A stretch of 64,000 nucleotides of DNA from Patescibacteria group bacterium. GTDB lineage: Bacteria > Patescibacteriota > Patescibacteriia > Patescibacteriales > WJLG01. The notes beneath the pieces are model-generated. The model made no database searches and was not told where the DNA came from. It saw only the letters and a list, made by a program, of their open reading frames with translations. This document shows, piece after piece, positions 22,652-31,881 of this stretch. Position numbers and translations under genes: made by a program. The stretch spans positions 13,409-77,408 of the forward strand of contig JBAZHE010000002.1 in assembly GCA_041652555.1 (NCBI GenBank). Direction: 5' to 3'. Numbering within the stretch: position 1 is the first letter of the stretch; each line of letters opens with the position of its first letter.

Positions 22652-22772
22652 AGAGTTTTGGTCGTCAGGCTCGCTGAGTTGATTTTTTCAAAACAGCTTG
22701 CCCGAAAACCAAAAATGTTTTCTTGTAAATTGACAATTTGATTAACGAAAACAATTTTACTGAGGAGGATGT

Positions 22773-24761
22773 ATGTTTAAGAAGGCACAGTTTTTGTCGT
22801 TTTTAGTGATCATTCTGATTGCTGGCAACGTGTCCGCTGGTACATGGCAGAGTATCTGTGAATTTTTTAAAGGAAAAAAACAGGTACAACCGGTTACAAC
22901 GCAGGATAAAAAAGTTGATCCTTGCGATGGGTGTTATTACGGCAATGTCGTGGTTTTGAAACCAGGAGAATCCATTATGGACTTTGTTGTTAAACATAGT
23001 AATTGCTCGGACATTCCGGGTATTGCTATTATGGCAAAATTCAATGGGATTTCCGATGCGGTTTCTCCGATGACAGAATACAGAAATGTTAGAATTCCTA
23101 CATTAAAACAGGCTGACTCAATAAGAAATATTTTGGAATTCAAACAGTCACCAAAAAAACCGAAAATAGTTTCTGATGAGCCCAAGCCGATTATAAAGAA
23201 ACCTCAACCAACAGTCCAAGAGACTAAAAAAGTTCAGCAAGTAGGCCCTTTTCATTGGAAACATCCCGGAGCTGATCCGACTATTTATAATTCTCCGGAG
23301 CAGGTGTGGGTAAAAATGAGTTTTTCTAAAAAAGAGGGAGTTCTTGATTCTCTTCAGGCAAAAGTTGAAAGAGGAGATTGTATTCTTAACTATAAAAGTT
23401 ATAAAGGCGAAGGCTGGATAGAAATGTCCGGTGGCCGTGAAATAGATATTTATGGAAAGGATGGCCGAGGGGTCTTGAATGATTTCACAAATCTGGAATA
23501 TATCGAAGGGACAATGTATGAGGTTGATTATTCACCAACTCAAATAGCCCAAATATTCAAAGCTAATAACTGCGATAACTGGTGCTGGAGATTAGTGGAT
23601 CGTCCAATTGAGCCTCCGTGCGATACGGTTCGTGCTCCTGACACAGTTCGTGTTCATGACACAACTAAGGTTGTTGAGAAAGTCCCTCAGTATGTTGTGC
23701 CATCTGTCCCGGTTGCTCCGCCGAAAGATGAGAGAGGAATTTATGGTGAATGTTTCCTATGGACAGGGTATTACGCCCCGTTGCCGGTGATACATCACGG
23801 TCATTTCTATCTTGGTGGAATCGGTAATGTCTTTGCGCCCATCGGGAAATTTTCCGGTCTTGGTTTGAGCCTTAAGGCCAACGGCTATGCCGGTTGGAGC
23901 CCGAGGTTTTACGACAAGAAAGGAAATCCATTTTTTGGTGATTATGCCGGCGCTTTAGTTGGTATCGGTCCGATACTTGATCTGCAAAGCAGGAGTAAAA
24001 ACTTGAATAGCGGTATCAATACCAGAACAACCTTTGCTGGTAGAGTTTATTGGCAACATGATTGGTATCAGAACCAACATGATAAGTATTGGAATCGTCA
24101 AGGACCAAGGTCTTTTGCTCCGCAGTCGTTCGGGCCGGAGGTTACTTCCTATATAGCTAATTCTAATTGGACCAAGTGGGTTCAAGGATGGATTGGCTAC
24201 AGACAAGACGTAGCTTTTGTTAACGGCAATCTCTGGTATGTTTATAGAGAGGCTCATCTTAATGGTGAGAAACGAGCCCTGCAGGATGAACCGCCATGTA
24301 ATAAGACGGTGATTGACTGGGGCGTGGGGGTATTTCCCTGGCCGGTTTTCAAGGGAAGTTCAACTCTTGGAATTCAACATAAGGGTGACCATATGTTGGA
24401 AGATAATCGTTGGGAATTTTCTCTTGGATTTAGTTTAAGAGTCAAGAAGTTTTTCTTCGGCGCTGGTGTTAAAGAAACGATTGAATCTGTGTATAAAAAC
24501 CAGAATGGAAGATCAATTTATCTTTCAATTGACTTTGATCCGACGCCAAGAAACCAGCAAAAAAAAGTTATAGTTCAAGAATCCGCTCCTATTACCGAGG
24601 AGTTGCATGTTGATGAAAATCGTTATGTTGCCCCAGAACCAGAAGCGGATTCAGATGATGATCCATTTAGAGATTTAATCGATGATCCGAATTCTGGTAA
24701 TCAAAATCAGGAAAATTCAGCGGATTCAAATTACGTTCCGAGTATTCCATTTCAACGGTAG
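22773..24761 (+). CDS. Secreted protein: signal peptide, LysM-like segment, DT repeats and a putative beta-barrel-like C-terminal domain (cassette 1)
   Basis: GAGGAGG SD at 22762-22768; signal peptide ending VSA; LKPGES...AKFNGISD...VRIP; aromatic/Gly-rich alternating strands. Domain calls are inference. Confidence 0.65.
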   Translation: MFKKAQFLSFLVIILIAGNVSAGTWQSICEFFKGKKQVQPVTTQDKKVDPCDGCYYGNVVVLKPGESIMDFVVKHSNCSDIPGIAIMAKFNGISDAVSPMTEYRNVRIPTLKQADSIRNILEFKQSPKKPKIVSDEPKPIIKKPQPTVQETKKVQQVGPFHWKHPGADPTIYNSPEQVWVKMSFSKKEGVLDSLQAKVERGDCILNYKSYKGEGWIEMSGGREIDIYGKDGRGVLNDFTNLEYIEGTMYEVDYSPTQIAQIFKANNCDNWCWRLVDRPIEPPCDTVRAPDTVRVHDTTKVVEKVPQYVVPSVPVAPPKDERGIYGECFLWTGYYAPLPVIHHGHFYLGGIGNVFAPIGKFSGLGLSLKANGYAGWSPRFYDKKGNPFFGDYAGALVGIGPILDLQSRSKNLNSGINTRTTFAGRVYWQHDWYQNQHDKYWNRQGPRSFAPQSFGPEVTSYIANSNWTKWVQGWIGYRQDVAFVNGNLWYVYREAHLNGEKRALQDEPPCNKTVIDWGVGVFPWPVFKGSSTLGIQHKGDHMLEDNRWEFSLGFSLRVKKFFFGAGVKETIESVYKNQNGRSIYLSIDFDPTPRNQQKKVIVQESAPITEELHVDENRYVAPEPEADSDDDPFRDLIDDPNSGNQNQENSADSNYVPSIPFQR

Positions 24762-24798
24762 TTGTATTTTTTCATTTTTTAACTAATGAGGAGGAACC

Positions 24799-25200
24799 AT
24801 GAAACGGTTCAAATCAATTCTTGCAGTTGCAGTGTTTTCGGTGATTTTCACATCACTGTCCGCCTTTTCTTTCACCCCTCCGAACGGCAATTGTGTCGGT
24901 GCCAGTACCAGTGGAACGGCTTGGATATGCACCGAAGCAATCGCGGCCGCCAATAACGATCCGGTCGTAGCGGTTATGATTGGTCCCGACAACTGGTATT
25001 CAGCTTCCCTAAGCGGTCGTTGCTACGTTGCCAATTGCGGGTCAAAGCTTATTGCCGGAGAAGTAATCACTCTGTGTTTTCAGACAAAAAGCGGAAAGTA
25101 TATCCCGTTCTGTCTGCAGGCCAGGTTTAAATTTACCGGTGCCGAAGTGATAAGCAATGGTATCGGCGGAGAGAACATTAGATTAAAAGTTTCTCCGTAA
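24799..25200 (+). CDS. Small Cys-rich secreted protein (cassette 1)
   Basis: GAGGAGG SD; signal peptide MKRFKSILAVAVFSVIFTSLSA; six Cys. Confidence 0.75.
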   Translation: MKRFKSILAVAVFSVIFTSLSAFSFTPPNGNCVGASTSGTAWICTEAIAAANNDPVVAVMIGPDNWYSASLSGRCYVANCGSKLIAGEVITLCFQTKSGKYIPFCLQARFKFTGAEVISNGIGGENIRLKVSP

Positions 25201-25214
25201 GTTCGTTCTTTAAT

Positions 25215-25250
25215 GGGGTGTCTGGCTAAAACCGGCACCCTAATTTTTTT
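25215..25250 (+). terminator. Terminator closing cassette 1
   Basis: gggtgtctgg...ccggcaccc followed by a T-tract. Confidence 0.7.
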
Positions 25251-25295
25251 ACAAATAAACTTTTTATATATATAATTTTGTGTTAATATAAGCTT

Positions 25296-26702
25296 ATGAA
25301 GGCTTTAGTTAAAAATAATAATCAAATAGAAAATAGTATTAAAACCGGCTGGTGGTTCGGTTTTTTTTGGCTGGCAATTTTTATTATTGCTATTTCTGTT
25401 TTAGCTTTGAATTTTGATATTCTCCGTTTAGCCTTGCCTTTTGTTTTTTTCTTGATTTTTTTAGTAATTCCCGAAGAATATGGATTATATGTTTTAGCAT
25501 TCTTTTTACCAACAATAAATTGGAATTTTTATTATCACGGCTTGGAAATTCCTTTAATTGATCTCTTGGGACTGGCGATTTTTTCCGCTTTTGCTTTAAA
25601 AAAAGTTTATGCTAGGTTTTTTGACCGAAAAAATTTTAATCTTCGTTTGCCTCTTTTTATTCTTTTTTTACCGTTTTTAGCGGTTACTTTGATTTCAGTT
25701 TTTTCTACTGCCATTCCTAAAGATAGCTTGTGGTATATTCTGCGTTGGATTTTATTTTTTTATTTTGTTTATTTAGTTCTACCGGTTAATATTGTTAAAC
25801 GCTCCGATGTTCTAAAAAATTCTATAGCTTGTTTGGTTTTTGGCGGCATGATTGTTGCTATTGGAGGATTTTTGACAATTTTTTCTCAAGACTGGAATTA
25901 TGAATTTGTCGGAATAATGCCGTTTAGTCTTTTTGGTTTTTTCCCTTTGGGCTCTAATCATAATTTAATAGCAGAAACGCTAGTTGTTTCAGTGGCATTC
26001 ACTCAATCTCTTAAATACTGGTTAACATCTCTGCGCACCCGCCGTTTTTTAGATGTTTTAACCGTCTTTCAATTCTTGGTGGCTATCGGAACTTTTTCTC
26101 GTGCTGTCTGGATTGCTTTTGGAGTAATGATTATTATATGTTTAATTGTTTATCGCCGGCGCATTAGTCGTACGGCTTGGGTAGGATTGTTTTTGATTTC
26201 GCTATTGGCTTCACCGATTTTTTTGTATATGTATAAATTACAGAGTGAATATTCAATCGGTGGAAGTTCTACGGAAAACAGATTAATAATGACAGAGATT
26301 GCTTGGGATAATTTTTTAGATAAACCGTTGTTTGGCCAGGGGAGCGGAACATTTATTAATTTTATTGGTGATAGTATAAGATTTACCGCTAAATATGGCG
26401 CTCCACTTGATTCTCACGGTGTTTGGCAGAAAATGATATTAGAGAATGGCTTATTCGGAGTTTTTACTTTTGCGTTAATTATTGGCGGGATGTTTATATT
26501 CTTTGCCAGAGCTTGGGTGAAATATGGCGCTCGTTATCCTTGGTTTCCGCCATTAATATTAGGAGTAGTTGGGATAATGGTGATGGAATTTTTTAATACT
26601 TCTTATTATAAAGGAAAACTTTGGTTGCCGGTGGCTTTTTGTTTGGTCGCTATAAATATTATAAGAATGAAAGAAAAACAAAGAAAATATGCTAAAAAAT
26701 AA
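25296..26702 (+). CDS. O-antigen ligase/Wzy-family polymerase or oligosaccharyltransferase
   Basis: Multi-TM protein; TFSRAVW, SSTENR, PLFGQGSG and DSHG...ENGLFG. Confidence 0.85.
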   Translation: MKALVKNNNQIENSIKTGWWFGFFWLAIFIIAISVLALNFDILRLALPFVFFLIFLVIPEEYGLYVLAFFLPTINWNFYYHGLEIPLIDLLGLAIFSAFALKKVYARFFDRKNFNLRLPLFILFLPFLAVTLISVFSTAIPKDSLWYILRWILFFYFVYLVLPVNIVKRSDVLKNSIACLVFGGMIVAIGGFLTIFSQDWNYEFVGIMPFSLFGFFPLGSNHNLIAETLVVSVAFTQSLKYWLTSLRTRRFLDVLTVFQFLVAIGTFSRAVWIAFGVMIIICLIVYRRRISRTAWVGLFLISLLASPIFLYMYKLQSEYSIGGSSTENRLIMTEIAWDNFLDKPLFGQGSGTFINFIGDSIRFTAKYGAPLDSHGVWQKMILENGLFGVFTFALIIGGMFIFFARAWVKYGARYPWFPPLILGVVGIMVMEFFNTSYYKGKLWLPVAFCLVAINIIRMKEKQRKYAKK

Positions 26703-27777
26703 AATAATTCATATCATTCCGACTTTGTCTGGCGGTGGCGCCGAAAGACTGGTTATTGATTTGGCAGAATTTATTGATAAAGATAAATTTGAAGTTTCAA
26801 TTATTTGCCTGAAAAAGGGCGGAGTTTTAGAGACTGAATTAAAAGAAAAAAATATTCCTTGTTATTTTATCAGTAATGGAAAATGGCCGTTGTTTTTATC
26901 ATTTTTTAAACTAGTAGTGGTTATAAAAAAAATTTCTCCGAATATTGTGCATACGCATCTTTTTGGTGGTGATTTTTATGGTTGTTTAGCGACGCGTCTA
27001 GCCGGTGTAAAAAATATTATTTCTACTGAGCATAATCTTAATTTTTCTGAAGGATTTTTGAAACTTTTTTTGAAAAGATTAACCGCTGGTTTAATTAAAG
27101 AGATTGTTGTGGTTTCGGAGTCTGTTAAAAAATATTTAATAGAAAAAGGTGGAATAAAAAAAGAAAAAATTACCGTTATTTACAATGGTGTAAAAGTTGA
27201 TAAATTTTTAAAGTCAGAAAAAAATTATTCTTGTCAAGATAGAGAATTTGTTATCGGATCAGTCGGGCGATTAGAAAAGCAAAAGGGCTACGACATTTTA
27301 TTAGAAGCTGTTTCTAGAATTAAAGAGCTAATAAAATGTTTGATTGCCGGTGATGGCAGTGAAAAAGAAAGTCTAGAAAAAAAAATTAAAGAGCTCGGTC
27401 TGAATAATAGAGTGCAACTACTTGGTTGGCAAAAAAATGTTTCTGGTTTTTTGAATGATTTGGATGTTTTTGTTTTGCCGTCCCGCTGGGAAGGTTTTGG
27501 TATTGTTGTTTTAGAGGCTGGTTTGGCTGGTTTGCCGGTGATTGGCAGTCGAGTCGATGGTATTGAGGAAATAATTAAAGACGGCGAAAATGGGCTGTTG
27601 TTTGATTCTGAAAATGTTGATGATTTGGCGGCTAAAATTTTGGATTTAAAAAATAACGAGACAGAACGGGCGCGGCTGGGAAAAAATATTCAGAAAAAAA
27701 TCGTGAAAAATTTTGATATTAGAAAAATTGTCAAAGAGTATGAGAAATTATATTTTAGTATGATTAATAAAATATGA
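26689..27777 (+). CDS. Glycosyltransferase family 4
   Basis: GGAER, VGRLEKQKG and PSRWEGFG..LEA. Confidence 0.93.
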   Translation: MLKNKIIHIIPTLSGGGAERLVIDLAEFIDKDKFEVSIICLKKGGVLETELKEKNIPCYFISNGKWPLFLSFFKLVVVIKKISPNIVHTHLFGGDFYGCLATRLAGVKNIISTEHNLNFSEGFLKLFLKRLTAGLIKEIVVVSESVKKYLIEKGGIKKEKITVIYNGVKVDKFLKSEKNYSCQDREFVIGSVGRLEKQKGYDILLEAVSRIKELIKCLIAGDGSEKESLEKKIKELGLNNRVQLLGWQKNVSGFLNDLDVFVLPSRWEGFGIVVLEAGLAGLPVIGSRVDGIEEIIKDGENGLLFDSENVDDLAAKILDLKNNETERARLGKNIQKKIVKNFDIRKIVKEYEKLYFSMINKI

Positions 27778-28991
27778 AAATCCTTCTCATAAATAATTAT
27801 CATTTTTTACGTGATGGTGCTGCTCGCGCTTATTTTAGCATGGCTGAAATTTTGGAAGACCATGGCCATGAAGTCGCTTTTTTTTCTACTAAAAATGATA
27901 AAAATATTCCAACCAAATGGGATAAATATTTTGTTAATGCACCAGATTTTTCTAATCCGTCTCTAGGATTTTTTGATAAGATAAAAATTATTGGCAATAT
28001 TTTTTATAATTGGCAGGCTAAAAATAATTTAAAAAAAATAATTAAAGAATTTAAGCCGGATATTGCGCATTTACATAATATTTACCATCATATTTCCCCA
28101 TCTATTATTAGTGTTTTGAAAAAAAATAAAATTAAGATGGCAATGACTTTGCATGATTATAAATTGGTCTGCCCGAATTATAATTTGTTTATTCGCGGAA
28201 AAATTTGGGAGGGGAGCGGACCTGATAAATATTGGCGTTGTGTTACTGATAAGTGTGTTAAAAATTCTTATTTAAAAAGTTTAGTTTGTACGGGCGAGGC
28301 TTATTGGCACAAAGCTTTAGGGGTTTACAAAAAAATTGATGGTTTTATTTCCCCTAGTTATTTTTTGATAAAAAAATTTAAAGAATTTGGATTTAAAGAA
28401 AAAATTAATTATTTACCAAATCCTTTTATTTGGGAAAAGAAAAATTTTTCCGCAGAAATGTCGGAGAAGTATATTTTGTATTATGGACGTTTGAGTGAGG
28501 AGAAAGGAGTTGGCGATTTGCTTGCGGCCCATGCTAAGCTTCCTGAAAAATTAAAATTAAAAATTGTTGGCGCTGGACCACTTGCCGATAGTTTAAAATT
28601 AGAGGTAGCCAGAAAAAAAATTCTTGGTGTAGATTTTTTAGGACACCTGGAAAATGAGTCATTGCAAAAAATTATCGCCAGAGCGGAGTTTGTTGTCGTG
28701 CCTTCGCGCTGGTATGAGAACGCTCCTTATTCTGTTATTGAATCTTTGGCGCTCGGGAAAATAGTTCTTGCTTCTCGCCTTGGAGGTTTGGTAGAGTTAA
28801 TTAAAGATGGTCAGAACGGTTTTTCTTTTGAGGCTGGAAACATTAATGATTTGGTTTCTAAGATGAGATATCTAATAGATCATCCAGAGTTAAAAGAAAA
28901 AATTAAGCCGGTGGCGATTGCTTCTGTAGAAATTAACTCGCCAGTGGAATATTATTTAAGATTAATGGAAATTTATAAAAAAATTATTTAA
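27774..28991 (+). CDS. Glycosyltransferase family 4
   Basis: HLHN, TLHDYKLVCP, GRLSEEKG and PSRWYENAPYSVIE. Confidence 0.93.
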   Translation: MKILLINNYHFLRDGAARAYFSMAEILEDHGHEVAFFSTKNDKNIPTKWDKYFVNAPDFSNPSLGFFDKIKIIGNIFYNWQAKNNLKKIIKEFKPDIAHLHNIYHHISPSIISVLKKNKIKMAMTLHDYKLVCPNYNLFIRGKIWEGSGPDKYWRCVTDKCVKNSYLKSLVCTGEAYWHKALGVYKKIDGFISPSYFLIKKFKEFGFKEKINYLPNPFIWEKKNFSAEMSEKYILYYGRLSEEKGVGDLLAAHAKLPEKLKLKIVGAGPLADSLKLEVARKKILGVDFLGHLENESLQKIIARAEFVVVPSRWYENAPYSVIESLALGKIVLASRLGGLVELIKDGQNGFSFEAGNINDLVSKMRYLIDHPELKEKIKPVAIASVEINSPVEYYLRLMEIYKKII

Positions 28992-28997
28992 AATTAG

Positions 28998-29088
28998 CCC
29001 CCTCTAGAAACCTGCCTGCCGGTAGGCAGAGAGAGTGTGGTCGGACCCAACGGGTCGCCCTTGGCGTACCCCGAGACGGAGTGTGTTG
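28998..29088 (-). repeat. Composite palindromic element (family-A copy) carrying two nested mini-palindromes
   Basis: Ends match the reverse complement of 30502-30546; nested CCTGCCTGCCGGTAGGCAG at 29011-29029 and GGTCGGACCCAACGGGTCGCCCTTGGC at 29039-29065. Confidence 0.7.
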
Positions 29089-29211
29089 TTATATTTTGGC
29101 TTATAATGGCCATTTTTTTGTATAAACAAATAGTTGGTAAAACTATTGACAGTTGTTTGATTTTGTGCTAACATAACATGATAATTTAAAAAAATTAAAT
29201 ATCTAAAAAAT

Positions 29212-30489
29212 ATGAAGAAAATCATTGTTATTGCGATTACGCTTTGTGTATTGGGCGCTTCTTTTTATCTATTGAAGCCTGAACCGACACAGAGTAAAAA
29301 TAAGCCGTATTATTCCGGCGAAGCTGTTAATTTTAACGGCAAAATATTCATCGGCTCCACTAATAGTGGAAAGTTTGAGCTTTTTGCTTTGGAGAATGGA
29401 AGCATTATTAGAAAGACTAATGTTGCTTCTAATGATCAAGAGAGTAAGGAGTTCTATGATTTGCTTTTTGAAAAAGCCGGCGGAAAACTCTTTGTTTATT
29501 TAGTTAATGGTCGCTATTTATATAAATATGACATTACTAATCCGATTGTTCCGATTGTAGTTTTGAAAATCAAGGACAATTCTTGGGATTGGTTTACTCG
29601 CCTAGATAAAGTTAACGGAAAATTAATTACCATTGGTTCAAAAGGAACAAAGATTTGGAATAATGATTTCCAGGTTATTGATTCTTATGCCATGATTAAT
29701 AATAGTGTTTTAGGTTCAGTAATTTTTGACAGCCAAATGACTTTTGTTTTGAATACTAAATTAAATGTTTATAACACTGTTTCTAGAGAAAAAGTTTCTG
29801 AATATTCCATCGCGGTTAACGATAAGCAGGCCACTCGTGGTTTGATTAGTAATTCTGACGACAAACTTGTTTATTTTGTTGATGATAAATCTCTTAAAGC
29901 TGTTGATGTTGCTGGTAATGTTAAAAAAGAATTTAAGCATACTTCAACTGTCGGCTATGATGTCGCTTTCTCTGTTGTTAATCCGGATTATATTTATTTT
30001 TCTGACGGCATTGGTATTGTGAAAATTGATAAAAATACTTTTACGCCGGTTGATTGGACTTACACTACTAGAAATACTCCGGCCGGTTCCTGGGCTATGG
30101 GTTTAAAAACCGTTAACGACGGTACCTCTGAAAAAATTGTTATTTTTAACGGTTCTAATATTTTAGTAGTTGATAAAAATTTAGATAATGTTGCTTTTTA
30201 TGAATCAATAGAAGAGGACACTCGCCCGGTTGAAAATCTCTTTTTGAATGTTGATAAGAATCGTGGTGCAGCCGGCGCACAGGTTTCTGTTGTTGGCGGT
30301 GGATTTGGACTAGGCGAAGAATTGACTGTTGAATTTTCTAAAATAAAACAGACAACTATTACTGCTGATCAAAACGGACGTTTTCAAATTGTTTTGACTG
30401 TTCCTAGTGTTTTGCCTGGTATGACTGATATTAAAGCCACTGGCAAGACCACTAAGAAAACTTACAGCACATCATTTAAGATTGAGTAA
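29212..30489 (+). CDS. Secreted or anchored beta-rich protein (propeller-like) with a C-terminal Ig-like domain
   Basis: N-terminal hydrophobic segment; G.GF..GEE.TV...ADQNGRF...LTVP tail; promoter TTGACA-17-TAACAT at 29146-29174. Confidence 0.6.
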   Translation: MKKIIVIAITLCVLGASFYLLKPEPTQSKNKPYYSGEAVNFNGKIFIGSTNSGKFELFALENGSIIRKTNVASNDQESKEFYDLLFEKAGGKLFVYLVNGRYLYKYDITNPIVPIVVLKIKDNSWDWFTRLDKVNGKLITIGSKGTKIWNNDFQVIDSYAMINNSVLGSVIFDSQMTFVLNTKLNVYNTVSREKVSEYSIAVNDKQATRGLISNSDDKLVYFVDDKSLKAVDVAGNVKKEFKHTSTVGYDVAFSVVNPDYIYFSDGIGIVKIDKNTFTPVDWTYTTRNTPAGSWAMGLKTVNDGTSEKIVIFNGSNILVVDKNLDNVAFYESIEEDTRPVENLFLNVDKNRGAAGAQVSVVGGGFGLGEELTVEFSKIKQTTITADQNGRFQIVLTVPSVLPGMTDIKATGKTTKKTYSTSFKIE

Positions 30490-30501
30490 TCATTTTGAAA
30501 T

Positions 30502-30546
30502 AACACACCCCGTCTCGGGTACGAGACACCCCTATCAAGAGGGGGA
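30502..30546 (+). repeat. Two-hairpin palindromic element (family A)
   Basis: AACACACCCC-GTCTCG(GGTA)CGAGAC-A-CCCCT(ATCAAG)AGGGG. Confidence 0.8.
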
Positions 30547-30555
30547 TTATAATAT

Positions 30556-31734
30556 ATGAGAATAGCGATTATCGGACAAAAAGGAATACCGGCCAAGTCT
30601 GGTGGCGTGGAAAAACACGTTGAGGACTTAGCTGTGCGCTTAGTGGCTTTGGGCCATGAGGTTTTGGTGTATGCGCGTCCTAATTATACCGATAAGAGTT
30701 TGCAAGAATATAAAGGTGTAAAAATAATTTCTTTGCCAAGTATTTCCACTAAGAATTTGGATGCGATAACACATACTTTTCGCGCCTGTTTGGATTTGGT
30801 TAAAAGAGATGTTGATGTAATCCATTTTCATTCTATCGGCCCATCATCCTTAATTTGGTTGGTCAAGCTTTTGAAACCAAGAACTCCGATTATCGCCACT
30901 GTCCATTGCCCTGATTATCGCCATCAGAAATGGGGGATTTTCGCTAAACTATATTTGAAATTCGGTGAAGTAGTCGCTTGCACTATGGCTGACAAAACAA
31001 TCGCTGTTTCTAAGATTCTGCGCGATTATGCAGTGAAAAATTATAACAGTAAAGTTGAATATATTCCCAGTGGCGTTTCTATTATGAATGGTGAAGCTAA
31101 TGAAAAGATGTTGAAAAATTTTAATTTAAAAAAAGATGGTTATGTTTTAGCTGTGAGCCGTTTAGTAAAACATAAAGGCTTACAATATTTAGTAAAAGCT
31201 TTTGAAAATATAAAAACTGATAAAAAATTAGTGATTGTAGGCGCAAGCGCACACACCGATAAGTTTGTTAGTGAATTAAAAGCTTTGACTCAAAATGATA
31301 AGAGAATGATTTTTACCGGCGAACAGACTGGAGAAACTTTGAATGAACTTTTTGCTAATTGCTATATGTTTGTTCAACCTTCTGAATCCGAAGGCTTGTC
31401 TATCGCTTTATTGGAAGCGATGGCGCACGGCAAGACTGCTTTGGTTTCTGATATTGCAGAAAATCAAGAAGCTATCGGCCATACCGGTTTTACTTTTAAG
31501 AATAAAAACTCTGCTGATTTATTGGGTAAATTAAATTGCTTATTGAGAAATTCGGAGATTGTTAAAGAAACAGGCATACGTGCTCGTGAGCGTGTTTTGA
31601 AAGATTATAATTGGAATGAAATTATTGATAAAGTAATTAACGTTTACGGTGAAGTTGTTTTACAGAAAAAAAAATCTTTCCGCAAATTAGCGAAACTAAA
31701 TTTTGCCGGAAGATTTTTGAATTTGTTTTTCTAA
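30556..31734 (+). CDS. Glycosyltransferase family 4
   Basis: GQKGIPAKSGGVEKHV and PSESEGLSIALLEAM. Confidence 0.94.
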   Translation: MRIAIIGQKGIPAKSGGVEKHVEDLAVRLVALGHEVLVYARPNYTDKSLQEYKGVKIISLPSISTKNLDAITHTFRACLDLVKRDVDVIHFHSIGPSSLIWLVKLLKPRTPIIATVHCPDYRHQKWGIFAKLYLKFGEVVACTMADKTIAVSKILRDYAVKNYNSKVEYIPSGVSIMNGEANEKMLKNFNLKKDGYVLAVSRLVKHKGLQYLVKAFENIKTDKKLVIVGASAHTDKFVSELKALTQNDKRMIFTGEQTGETLNELFANCYMFVQPSESEGLSIALLEAMAHGKTALVSDIAENQEAIGHTGFTFKNKNSADLLGKLNCLLRNSEIVKETGIRARERVLKDYNWNEIIDKVINVYGEVVLQKKKSFRKLAKLNFAGRFLNLFF

Positions 31735-31881
31735 AAAGAACAACACAAGTTTTTGTTTGAAAATTTATTTCATAAAATTAATTTTCAAATAAACCCTGGT
31801 GGGTTTGAAGGGCGCAAGTCCTTAAATAGCTGGCACATTACAATTAGTATCCACACTTCCAACTTAGAAAAGGAGGCGCAT

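Noticed and set aside
22656-22714. Integron attC site
   Set aside because: No clear RYYYAAC/GTTRRRY ends, the hairpin lies upstream rather than downstream of the cassette gene, and no integrase is in the window.
22730-22758. TTGACA as the -35 element of a cassette-1 promoter
   Set aside because: No convincing -10 hexamer at 16-18 nt; treated as part of the shared leader motif instead.
29004-29225. 73-aa minus-strand ORF ending AYRQAGF
   Set aside because: It is a translation of the palindromic repeats and promoter region, with no coding evidence.
31795-31835. c-di-GMP or other known riboswitch
   Set aside because: Only a GNRA hairpin is present; the conserved aptamer core nucleotides are not recognisable.
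31753-31881. Longer TTG/GTG or upstream starts in the ORF track (also dnaB 44525, atpD 19791, rsmI 57283, mraZ 34568)
   Set aside because: Downstream ATGs fit the SD or promoter positions, signal peptides or family N-termini better.
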